This document shows positions 9,075 to 18,200 of a stretch of DNA of 64,000 nucleotides, piece by piece. The stretch is from assembly GCA_934098455.1 (NCBI GenBank), contig CAKOOU010000001.1, positions 199,933 through 263,932 on the forward strand. Reading direction: 5' to 3'. Position numbers and translations under genes: made by a program. Source of the stretch: an uncultured Bacilli bacterium. Lineage in GTDB: Bacteria > Bacillota_I > Bacilli_A > RF39 > UBA660. Each line of letters starts with the position of its first letter. Position 1 is the stretch's first letter. The notes beneath the pieces are model-generated. The model saw only the letters and a list, made by a program, of their open reading frames with translations. It had not been told where the DNA came from and ran no database searches.

Positions 9075-9740
9075 ATGAAAATGAAAAAGAAAGATAAACT
9101 TAAAATATTATATGAAGATAAATCAATAATTGTTATATCTAAACCAAGTAATTTATTAACAATAGGAACCAATAAGGAACATAATAATACACTATACAGA
9201 AAAGTATCAGAATATGTAAAAAAACAACATAAAACTAATAAAATATTTATCGTACATAGATTAGATAAAGATACTAGTGGAATAATAATATTTGCAAAAA
9301 CAGAACAAGCAAAAAGAATACTACAAAGAAATTGGGATAAATTTAAAAGAAAATATATAGCATTAGTAGAAGGAATAGTAACAAAAGAAGATACTATTAA
9401 AAATTACTTAGCAGAAACAAAATCATTAAAAACTTATATTACAAATGATAAAAAAATTGGGAAACTAGCAATAACGAAATATAAACCAATAAAAAGTAAT
9501 AAAGAATACACTTTATTAAATATTGAAATATTAACAGGAAGAAAAAATCAAATAAGAGTTCATATGGAAAATATTAATCATCCAATTGTAGGAGATAAAA
9601 AATATAATTCAAAAAAGAATCCAATAAGAAGAATGTGTCTACATGCAACATATCTAGAATTTATACATCCAATAACAAATAAAAAAATAATAATAGAAGA
9701 TAAATATCCAACTATATTTGACAAATTAATTAATAATTAA
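9075..9740 (+). CDS. RluA-family pseudouridine synthase
   Basis: 'HRLDKDTSGIIIFAKT' catalytic Asp motif and 'GRKNQIRVH'. No S4 domain. The start is ambiguous (GTG 9072, ATG 9075 or ATG 9081). Confidence 0.85.
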   Translation: MKMKKKDKLKILYEDKSIIVISKPSNLLTIGTNKEHNNTLYRKVSEYVKKQHKTNKIFIVHRLDKDTSGIIIFAKTEQAKRILQRNWDKFKRKYIALVEGIVTKEDTIKNYLAETKSLKTYITNDKKIGKLAITKYKPIKSNKEYTLLNIEILTGRKNQIRVHMENINHPIVGDKKYNSKKNPIRRMCLHATYLEFIHPITNKKIIIEDKYPTIFDKLINN

Positions 9741-9813
9741 TGTAAACAATAAAATAAATATATTTTAAACAAGTAAAATATGATAAAATTATGTTAAGAA
9801 ATGGAGAGTACAT

Positions 9814-11562
9814 ATGAAAAATACCAATACACTTTTAAAAGAATTAAATGATATGATAGAAAATAAAAAGAATAATATAAAAGATACTAAAAACAATAAA
9901 AATATAGTAACTAAAGCATTTGAAATATTATCAAGTTTAAAAAAAGAAAATAACGTAGAGGCAATCAATGAATTTGAAGAGGCAATGAATAATAAAGAAA
10001 ATGGAATCCAAAAAGAATATTCAAACAAGAATTATGATGGAGCAATAAACAGATTAAAAGGTTTTATAAATAAATATAATAAGAATAAAGATAATATATT
10101 ATTTATTGATAAGGAAATTATTACAGAAATTTTAAGTTCAAAAATGTATTCTGGAATAGAAATAAATAATATAAATGAAAAAATAAAAGAATATGAAACT
10201 AATATTGAAAAAAATAAAGAAAATATTGACCCTAGTAAATATAATGAGTATAAAGAAAATTTAAAAGATTTAGTATCTTTAAAAAATAAAATATTTAATT
10301 TATTTGACGAGTTAATAAAAATAGTTGGAAACAATATAGAAGATAATGAGTATTGGACAAAAGAGGCTGTTAAAATAGAATCAGAAATTAAAGAAAAATA
10401 TGGAGAAGAAGTATCTTCAAAATTAGTAAATAAAGTAAATGATATCAGTAAACACTACTCAAATGCTCTTCATTATGAAAATATTATTGAAGTAAATGAA
10501 TATTATGAAATATCAGGAATAAACAAAAATAATAATAAAGAAGATATAAAAGAAGATAACATAGAAACAGACACTAATAAAAATACCAACACAGAAGCAA
10601 TAAATAATGATATTCCTAAACTAACAGGTGAAGTATTAGAAGAAGAAAATGATAAAAAAGAAGAAATTAAAGAAGAGAATAAAGAAGGAAAACCACTTGG
10701 ATTAGAAGGTAAAGTTGAAGAACCTGAAAAAGACAAAAAACCTATAAAGAAAAGATGTAAAGTAAAGAAAGTAATAAAAGATGCAAAAGAATGGTTTGAA
10801 AAACACCCTGTAATAAAAAGAATAGTTTTAGGATTGGCATTATGTTTAACAATACATATGGGACTATCTGCATTAATGGTAGTAAACAGTGCATTATGGA
10901 CAGCTCTAGGTGGAAAAGGAGCAATGTGTGGATTCCTTCATATGGTAAATCTAGGTTTATCAAAAGTAACAACTTTAGGAACATTCAAATATGTTGCAGA
11001 GAGTGGACATTACGTTAATGCAGCAGGAAGCGTACTTTATGAAGCAGTTGCACCAAAAATAATAGAAGCATTAACTGAGTTAGCGATTTCAATACCATTA
11101 TCTAAACATATAATAAATAAAATAAAAAATGTAGGTAAGAAACAAGAACAACCAAAAGAGCCTGAAAATAAAGAAGAGCCAAAAGATAAAAAAATAGAAG
11201 AATTAGAGCAAAGAATAAAAGAACTTGAAGAAAAGTTAAAACAAAAAGACAACGAAATAAATAATTACAAAGATAAATATAAAACTGCTCTAACTACAAC
11301 TAAAGAATCATTATTATTACAAGAAAAAAACAAACAACAAAATTATAATGCAGATGATTTCTTAACACAAAATGATATCGAAGCAAGAAATAAAAGAAAA
11401 TATAAATTATTAGATGACTTATTAAAAGCAAAAGAAGAATATAAAAATAATCCAACAGAAGAAAATAAAATTAAAATAGAAAAACTGCAAGTTAGAATTA
11501 ATAATCTAGAAAATAGTAAAAACTATGTAGAAGATAAAATAGAAAAAGGAAAAGGAAAATAA
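9814..11562 (+). CDS. Hypothetical coiled-coil / membrane / coiled-coil protein (582 aa)
   Basis: 'ggagag' SD. Lys/Glu/Asn-rich predicted coiled coils flank a Gly/Ala-rich hydrophobic core ('IVLGLALCLTIHMGLSALMVVNSALWTALGGKGAMCGFLHMVNLGL'). I recognise no family. Confidence 0.5.
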   Translation: MKNTNTLLKELNDMIENKKNNIKDTKNNKNIVTKAFEILSSLKKENNVEAINEFEEAMNNKENGIQKEYSNKNYDGAINRLKGFINKYNKNKDNILFIDKEIITEILSSKMYSGIEINNINEKIKEYETNIEKNKENIDPSKYNEYKENLKDLVSLKNKIFNLFDELIKIVGNNIEDNEYWTKEAVKIESEIKEKYGEEVSSKLVNKVNDISKHYSNALHYENIIEVNEYYEISGINKNNNKEDIKEDNIETDTNKNTNTEAINNDIPKLTGEVLEEENDKKEEIKEENKEGKPLGLEGKVEEPEKDKKPIKKRCKVKKVIKDAKEWFEKHPVIKRIVLGLALCLTIHMGLSALMVVNSALWTALGGKGAMCGFLHMVNLGLSKVTTLGTFKYVAESGHYVNAAGSVLYEAVAPKIIEALTELAISIPLSKHIINKIKNVGKKQEQPKEPENKEEPKDKKIEELEQRIKELEEKLKQKDNEINNYKDKYKTALTTTKESLLLQEKNKQQNYNADDFLTQNDIEARNKRKYKLLDDLLKAKEEYKNNPTEENKIKIEKLQVRINNLENSKNYVEDKIEKGKGK

Positions 11563-11563
11563 A

Positions 11564-11842
11564 ATGGAAAAAGAAACATTAATAACATTAGACGATAACA
11601 CTGAATATGCTTTATTAGATGAAACAACTATAGATGATACAAAATATTTCTTTGCAGTAAGAATAGACCCAACTACAAAAAATCCAACAACCGAATATGA
11701 AGTATTTGAAGAAGAAGTTGATGGCGAAGACATATATATGAACGCAATAGATGAAAGCGATTTCAAACAAGCAATACTATTAGATTTCACTAATAATTAT
11801 ATGAATACAGTAATGGATATAATGGATGATAAGACTGAATAG
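11564..11842 (+). CDS. Small acidic protein, DUF1292-like
   Basis: The ATG lies 1 nt after the upstream stop. The pattern 'ITLDDNTEYALLDE..DDTKYFFAV...EYEVFEEEVDGEDIYMNAIDESDF' resembles the YrzB/DUF1292 family. Confidence 0.45.
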   Translation: MEKETLITLDDNTEYALLDETTIDDTKYFFAVRIDPTTKNPTTEYEVFEEEVDGEDIYMNAIDESDFKQAILLDFTNNYMNTVMDIMDDKTE

Positions 11843-11851
11843 TCTTTTTTC
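11831..11851 (+). terminator. Intrinsic terminator
   Basis: AAGACT-gaat-AGTCTT followed by TTTTT. It overlaps the stop codon. Confidence 0.55.
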
Positions 11852-11860
11852 TTATAAAAT

Positions 11861-11878
11861 GTTAAAAAAATGTAAATA
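11861..11878 (+). promoter_or_regulatory. Copy 1 of recurrent motif GTTAAAAAAATGTAAATA
   Basis: 18/18 identical to the copy at 20104-20121 and near-identical to 14515-14531. It sits between a terminator and the T7SS substrate operon. Confidence 0.4.
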
Positions 11879-11967
11879 GAATATTTAAAATTATACATTA
11901 ATTTAATGAATTATTTAGTTTTTTAAATAAATATGTTATTATTTTATAGTAGGAGAGGATAAAGTTT

Positions 11968-12255
11968 ATGGCAAAATATGTATGTGATTTTGATAAAGTG
12001 AATAATACAATAAAAAAATTAAATAATTACAAAGATAATATTTCAAAATCAATAAAAAAATACAATGAAGAAATAGATAATATAGCATCTGGATATCAAG
12101 GTACTGCAAGAGATATTATGATACAGAAAATAAATATGAATATAGAAAACATGAAAAAAATAATAGAAAATATAAACAATATAATAAATCATATTGAAAA
12201 AAGTAGTAAAAAAATTTATGAAGCTGAAGAAAAATTATCCTCACTAAAAATATAG
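11968..12255 (+). CDS. Small all-helical protein (95 aa), WXG100/Lap-like candidate T7SS accessory
   Basis: 'aggagagg' SD, ~95 aa, predicted helix-turn-helix hairpin with central 'SGYQGTARD' (an aromatic-x-G turn). It lies directly upstream of an LXG-like effector. Confidence 0.5.
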   Translation: MAKYVCDFDKVNNTIKKLNNYKDNISKSIKKYNEEIDNIASGYQGTARDIMIQKINMNIENMKKIIENINNIINHIEKSSKKIYEAEEKLSSLKI

Positions 12256-12263
12256 GTGGTATT

Positions 12264-12554
12264 ATGAATTTTAACGTAGATGATTATGAAATATTTGATT
12301 TATTAAAAAGTAGTAATTCAATAGAAGATATGTATTTTAACATAAATCTAAACTCTATAAAAAATGAAATTATGGATTTATGTAGCGAAGAGTATTTTTA
12401 TGGACCAATATCAAATAATGTGAAAGAAAGTTACAATAAAATAGATAAAGAAGCTAAAAATATTATTAATCGTTTAAAAAATATTTCTTCATTAAGTACT
12501 AATTTTAAATTTAATTATAAAATTGCTGATAAAAATGCTAGTAATAGGAGTTAG
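12264..12554 (+). CDS. Small helical protein (96 aa), candidate second T7SS targeting partner
   Basis: 'taggtgg' SD. Its size and position match the second small partner gene of LXG operons. It has no TM segment and no signal peptide. Confidence 0.4.
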   Translation: MNFNVDDYEIFDLLKSSNSIEDMYFNINLNSIKNEIMDLCSEEYFYGPISNNVKESYNKIDKEAKNIINRLKNISSLSTNFKFNYKIADKNASNRS

Positions 12555-12556
12555 AA

Positions 12557-13537
12557 ATGAATTTTAATTATGAAATAGATATTTCCAATATTTTTAATAA
12601 ATGTAACGAATTAACATATAGCATTTCAGATAATGTTTGGAGTGGACAATCTAAAGAAAATTTTCTTAAACAATTTGAAAATTTTATAAATGAATATAAA
12701 GTAACTATGGAAAAACAAGTGGAATTATTGAATTCAATAAACGTAAAATATTCAAAATATATAGAAGAAAAAAAAGAATTAGAACAAAAAAATAAAATGC
12801 TTAATACTTATACAAATCAACTTAACAAATTAAAAGATAATATTTTAGATAATGTTGTAGCCATTAAAATAAAACATGACATTAATAATTTAAAAATATA
12901 TATTGATAATAATCTAAAAAAAATAGAAAATATAAAAAAACAAATAATTGAAGATATAGAGCAAATAAAAAAATTAGGAAAAAATAAGAATATTTTAATA
13001 ACTGGAATTACTATTCCTGAAAGAAATGATGCGCCTGTTACTACAGATGGAGTATCTAGCAAGTGGTATAGTAGCGACGATAACTGGTATTGGAGAGGTG
13101 GAAATATTAACCAATGCACGGGCTACGCTTTTGGAAGATTTAATGAAATAGCAGCAGCAAATGGGTGTAGAATATTAGATAGCAATAAAAGTATGGGGAA
13201 TGGGAAAGATTTTTATAGCGTGGGTACATCATACGGATTTAATACTTCTAATAAAATAGAGGATATACAAAATGGTGACACAATATCTTGGGCTTATAGT
13301 AACGCTCCATACGGACACGTATCAGTAGTAGAAAATGTTACAAAAAATAAAAATGGTGAAATAACTTCAATAACAATATCAGAAGGAAAAATGTATAATG
13401 GCACAGGTGCAATTAAATACAAAAAAACAACATATACAGGCCCTAATGCACTAAATGATTTAAAAAATCGTTCAATAAGACGTGGAAGTGAAAGTATATT
13501 CCAAGGATTAGTTCACCAAACAAAAAATAAGGAGTAG
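12557..13537 (+). CDS. WXG/LXG-like N-terminal helical domain fused to a CHAP peptidoglycan amidase/endopeptidase
   Basis: No signal peptide. The N-terminal ~150 aa are helical with 'VWSGQSKENF'. The C-terminal CHAP domain has Cys 'NQCTGYAFGRF' and His 'YGHVSVVE'. Confidence 0.7.
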   Translation: MNFNYEIDISNIFNKCNELTYSISDNVWSGQSKENFLKQFENFINEYKVTMEKQVELLNSINVKYSKYIEEKKELEQKNKMLNTYTNQLNKLKDNILDNVVAIKIKHDINNLKIYIDNNLKKIENIKKQIIEDIEQIKKLGKNKNILITGITIPERNDAPVTTDGVSSKWYSSDDNWYWRGGNINQCTGYAFGRFNEIAAANGCRILDSNKSMGNGKDFYSVGTSYGFNTSNKIEDIQNGDTISWAYSNAPYGHVSVVENVTKNKNGEITSITISEGKMYNGTGAIKYKKTTYTGPNALNDLKNRSIRRGSESIFQGLVHQTKNKE

Positions 13538-13541
13538 AATT

Positions 13542-14513
13542 ATGATTAAGTTTTTAATTGATACAGAAAATATGAATATAATAAAAGATAAACTTAAAAT
13601 AATTGATAATGATTTTTGTGATTTTTCAAACGATTTGAATAGTATATCTATAGGAGACGATGAATTTGATTTTAAAGGAGCGATTAATTCAATTATTGGA
13701 AATGCTGAAATATGTTCACAAAAGATTAACACTGCAATAAATAACTTAAATGAAATAGTAAATACACATACACAAATTCAAAATTCTAGTAGTTTAGATT
13801 TAGAATTTATTAATAATTATAATTTTTCAAATGTTCAAAATACTAATACAAAACAGCATAATGAAAAATATGTTGTGAAAAAAGGAGATACCTTATCACA
13901 TATTGCACAAAAATATAATTTAAGAGTAGAAGATATTGCTAAAGCAAATAATATAAAAAATGTAAATTTAATAATTACAGGTTCAGTATTAAATATTCCA
14001 AATTCAAAAAATAAGAAAAAAGAAGAAAAAATTGAAGTATTGAATGTTAACACTAAAATGAACAATAAGGTACAACAAGAAAATAATAATCAAAATAATT
14101 ATACATATAAATCCGTTGGTAACTTTAAGGTGACTAATAATAACAAAAAATATAATTTGAGTTCTGAAGAGTACAATGTTTTATGTGCAATTGTTGCTGC
14201 AGAATGTGATAAATCATCAGATGATGCTTTAGCAGTGATTTCAGTAATTTTAAATAGGTGTGAAAATAGCGCTTGGATTAACTCTCATGGTACATCTCCA
14301 TACAAACAAGCAACTGCAAAAAATCAATTTGTAGTATTTCAAGAGGGTTATTACAAAAAATATTTGGGAGATAATTGTCCTAAAAATGTAAAACAAGCTG
14401 TTAGCGATGCTTGTAATGGAATAAGAAATAACAAATTTTTATCTTTTAGGTCTAACTCATCAACAGGATATAGCAATAACTTAATAACAACAAGTGGTAA
14501 TAGATATAAATAA
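13542..14513 (+). CDS. Helical N-domain + LysM + SleB/CwlJ-type cell-wall hydrolase
   Basis: No signal peptide. The N-terminal ~95 aa are helical with 'FDFKGAINS'. LysM is 'YVVKKGDTLSHIAQKYNLRVEDIAKANNI..LNIP'. The hydrolase_2-like region is 'LCAIVAAECD..ALAVISVILNRCEN..KNQFVVF'. Confidence 0.7.
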   Translation: MIKFLIDTENMNIIKDKLKIIDNDFCDFSNDLNSISIGDDEFDFKGAINSIIGNAEICSQKINTAINNLNEIVNTHTQIQNSSSLDLEFINNYNFSNVQNTNTKQHNEKYVVKKGDTLSHIAQKYNLRVEDIAKANNIKNVNLIITGSVLNIPNSKNKKKEEKIEVLNVNTKMNNKVQQENNNQNNYTYKSVGNFKVTNNNKKYNLSSEEYNVLCAIVAAECDKSSDDALAVISVILNRCENSAWINSHGTSPYKQATAKNQFVVFQEGYYKKYLGDNCPKNVKQAVSDACNGIRNNKFLSFRSNSSTGYSNNLITTSGNRYK

Positions 14514-14514
14514 T

Positions 14515-14531
14515 GTAAAAAAATGTAAACA
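14515..14531 (+). promoter_or_regulatory. Copy 2 of recurrent motif (GTAAAAAAATGTAAACA)
   Basis: Direct heptamer repeat ATGTAAA-aaa-ATGTAAA, about 25 nt upstream of the esx promoter -10 box. Confidence 0.4.
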
Positions 14532-14555
14532 TAAAATATAATAATCAAAATATTA

Positions 14556-14564
14556 TGATATAAT
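14556..14564 (+). promoter_or_regulatory. Extended -10 promoter element (TGATATAAT) for the WXG100 pair
   Basis: TG at 14556-14557 and TATAAT at 14559-14564, 25 nt upstream of the 'aggagg' SD of the 14590 ORF. Confidence 0.5.
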
Positions 14565-14589
14565 CTAATTAACATAGGAGGTAATATTT

Positions 14590-14889
14590 ATGAACAATGG
14601 CTTACATGCTGAAACTGAATCTATTTATCAAGAAGGCAACAATACAATAAATAATTCTGAAAATTTTTCAAATTTGATAATGAATTTAAACGACAATGTA
14701 AACGAATTAATGGGAATATGGAATGGACCCTCTGCAAATATTTTTAAATCTGAATGTGATAGACAAATTGTAGAATTAAGAGAATTTAATAATATATTAA
14801 ATACAATGGGACAAAATATTGTTAAAGGTTCTCAAATGCTAGATGATGCAGAAAATCAAAATATTGCAGATGCAAAAAAACTATTTTAG
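14590..14889 (+). CDS. esxA: WXG100 family protein (EsxA-like)
   Basis: 99 aa with a canonical central 'GIWNGPSANIF' W-x-G turn, a helical hairpin, and a strong 'taggaggt' SD. Confidence 0.75.
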   Translation: MNNGLHAETESIYQEGNNTINNSENFSNLIMNLNDNVNELMGIWNGPSANIFKSECDRQIVELREFNNILNTMGQNIVKGSQMLDDAENQNIADAKKLF

Positions 14890-14898
14890 GAGGTAAAT

Positions 14899-15198
14899 AT
14901 GAACGAGTTTGAACAAAAAGATTTTGCCAGCGCTAGAGCATATGCAGAGTCAATAAAAAATGCCGCTGATAATATCTTAGAAATATTTAATGATATAGAT
15001 AATTCCATGAAAAGATTGTATGGTGAATTTTGGCAAAGTAGCGGAGCAGACGTTTCCAATGGAAGATATCAAGAGCTTAGAACTAATTATGAAAATTTTT
15101 ATAACAAAGTTATAGCAATGAAAAATCATATAGATACTGTAACTAGCAGAAATGAAAATACTGACTCATCAGTAGGAAATATGTTGGGAAATATATAA
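14899..15198 (+). CDS. WXG100-like partner protein (non-canonical turn)
   Basis: 99 aa with 'taggaggt' SD. The central 'EFWQSSGADV' reads W-xxx-G rather than W-x-G. It is adjacent to the EsxA-like gene. Confidence 0.6.
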   Translation: MNEFEQKDFASARAYAESIKNAADNILEIFNDIDNSMKRLYGEFWQSSGADVSNGRYQELRTNYENFYNKVIAMKNHIDTVTSRNENTDSSVGNMLGNI

Positions 15199-15228
15199 AA
15201 CAATAAAAAAATCTTATTGTTTTTTTTA
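15199..15228 (+). terminator. Intrinsic terminator after the WXG100 pair
   Basis: AACAATAA-aaaaatc-TTATTGTT followed by TTTTTTT. Confidence 0.65.
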
Positions 15229-15273
15229 TTATAGTACTTTATAATTATAATAGATAGAAAGTAGGAAAACTAT

Positions 15274-18200
15274 ATGAAGTTCATTATCACAAATAGAAAA
15301 AAATTATATGTTAATGATATTGTGGAATACAATGAAAATTGGATAAAAGACAATAATGAAAACAATATAGTAAAAATTAATTATGCCAACAACGAATTTA
15401 TAGGTTATTCTAATAAAAGATATAAATTTTGTGATAATGATGTTCAGGATAAAGAAGTAGAAAAACTAAAATTAATTAGTGGAAATCAATATAAAATAAA
15501 TGACGTAGAAGAAAACAATGACATAACGCTTTATGTTTTAAATGAAAACAAAATAGAAACAAAGATTTTTTTTGTTGATGTAAATTTCAGTATTTCAGGA
15601 AATTCATCTGTTAGTTCTGAAATTATTATTAATAAAGAAGAATATAATTATTGTCAATTAAATTTTAAAAAAGATGGTAACAAATATAAACTTACCATAA
15701 AAGATAGTCCAATAACAATATATTTAAATAATGATGCAATTATAGAAGATAACATAGATTTAAAATTTGGAGATATCTTATTTATAGATGGTATATACCT
15801 AACAATAATTAATAATAAATTATTTATATATAATTATAATAATGATTTCATTGTAAAAAAATTAAAAGAAATTATTAAAGATAATTATCAATATGAAAAT
15901 TATATTGAAAAAAATGTAAAAACAAATAATAATACTAAATATAAAACATTTAAAAGAGTACCAAAAATACAGAGAAAAATTGAAACTAAAACATTTAACA
16001 TAGATTCTCCTAGTCAAGTAGAATTAAAGGAATCTATGCCATTATTTTACACGATGTTACCAATGTTTATGATGTCTATGACTTCGCTAATATCTGTTGC
16101 AAATATAATTGATGGAGTAACATTAAAAGAAAAAACATTTGAAGAAAGTATACCAAATTTAATTATATCAGGCAGTATGATTATAGCAATGCTAGCATAC
16201 CCAATATTGATTAATATATATTCTAAACGAAGAGAGAGTAAAAGAGAAATAAAAAGAATAGAAGAATATAAAGATTATATTTATGAACAAAAAAGAAAAA
16301 TACTAGAAGAAATGGAATTTCAAAAGAATATTCTTTTAAACAATTATTACGATACAAAACGTTCAGTAGATATAATCTTAAATTACAATAATGAATTATG
16401 GGAAAGAAAAAAACATTTTGAAGATTTTTTATCTATTTCACTAGGTAGTGGTAACGTTAAACCACAAATAGAATTAAAAATACCAGAAGAACATTTTAGT
16501 ATAGATAAAGATAAGTTAAGAATACAACTTCTTAAATTAAAAGAAGAAACAAAATACATAAAAGATGCGCCTATTGTATTTGATTTTCAAAAGAACAATA
16601 TTTCATCTTTTATTAGCAAAGATACTGAAATTATATATAAGTATGTAGATAGTTTCTTAATAAGGTTATTTGCAGTGTGTTCACCTTTTGACCTTAAAAT
16701 TGCTATATTTACAAATAAAGAAAACAAAAAATATTGGTGGAAATATTCTAATTTGCCATATTTATGGAATAACTCAAATAATTTAAGATTTTTTGCAAGT
16801 GATAAAACTTCTTATTCAAAAGTTGTAAACTATTTAGATGAAGAATACAGATTAAGAAATAACAATATAGAAAATAAAGATAACTTATGCAAATACATTT
16901 TATTTATTGATGATACAACTGCTATAAAAAATATTCCAATTATTAATGAGATGATGAAACAAAACAATAATGATTTCATTATAATATTTTTAACAGACAA
17001 TATAGATAAATTACCAAGCGAATGTAATAACTTTATATATTTAGATAAAGAAAAAAGTAAATATATTTCAAATGTTAATAAAGATTATATAGAAATGGAT
17101 TTTACACCAGACTATATAAACTATGATTTTTCAGATTGTATTTTGAATTTATCAAATATAGATTTAGACTCTTTTTCAAATAAATATATTTTACCAAAAA
17201 AATATGGCTTTTTAGAAATGTATAATTCAAAAGACATACAAAGCTTAAATATAAATAGTATTTGGAATTCAAATAAAATAAAAGATTCATTAGCAGTACC
17301 AATTGGTATAGATGAAAATGGAGAAATAATTGATCTTGATTTACATGAAAATGCACATGGACCACACGGATTAGTTGCTGGTATGACAGGAAGTGGAAAA
17401 TCCGAATTATTAATTACTTACATTTTGTCATTAGCAGTTAATTTCAGTCCATTAGATGTTCAATTTGTTTTAATAGATTATAAAGGTGGTGGATTGGCAA
17501 ATACATTTTATAATTCAAATATAGGAATGATTTTACCTCATGTTATAGGAGTTATAACAAATATTGACAATGCTTTCATTAATAGAAGTTTAACATCATT
17601 AAATAGTGAAATTACAAGAAGACAAAAATTATTTGCTGAAATTAGTATAAAATATAATGAAGGTAATTTAGATATATATAAATATAAAGCCTTATCAAAA
17701 ATATATAATGATATTCCACCACTAAGTCATTTATTTATAATTAGTGATGAATTTGCCGAGTTAAAAACTAAAAATCCAGAATTTATAGATAAATTAATTT
17801 CTATAGCCAGAATAGGTAGGTCACTAGGGATTCATCTTATATTAGCAACTCAAAAACCAAGTGGAATAGTTGATTCGCAAATATGGAGCAATTCAAAATT
17901 TAGAATATGTCTTAAAGTACAAGATAAAAATGATTCAAATGAAATAATAAATATACCAGATGCAGCATATATTAATGAAGTTGGAAGATTTTATTTACAA
18001 GTTGGATATAATGAATTATTTTTAAAAGGTCAAAGCGCATATAGCGGCGTAGAATATACTAATGATTCAGATGATGCAACAAATGAAAGCATAGATTTTA
18101 TTAATAATTATGGAGAATCATTCTTTAAAGTATTTACATTTGAAAAAAAAGAAAAAAAGAATCTCGGTAAAGAAGTAAATAATATTGTAAAAGCCATAAT

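Noticed and set aside
9814-11562. Calling the 582-aa coiled-coil membrane protein EssB or EsaA.
   Set aside because: There is no visible pseudokinase-like N-domain, and neither the size nor the topology matches EssB (~440 aa, 1 TM) or EsaA (~1000 aa, 6 TM). It is left as hypothetical and flagged only as a candidate.
9789-11790. The ORF track lists many 60-135-aa minus-strand ORFs antisense to large genes. Examples include 9789-10028, 10032-10334, 10503-10736, 11037-11252 and 11506-11790, and similar ones such as 332-544, 2977-3234, 6786-7034, 7455-7778, 12817-13119, 31825-32223 and 53650-54060.
   Set aside because: These are Leu/Ser/Phe/Ile-rich shadow frames, as expected opposite Lys/Glu/Asn-rich AT-rich coding sequence. 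They have no SD sequences and no family resemblance, and they are fully nested in strongly supported genes.
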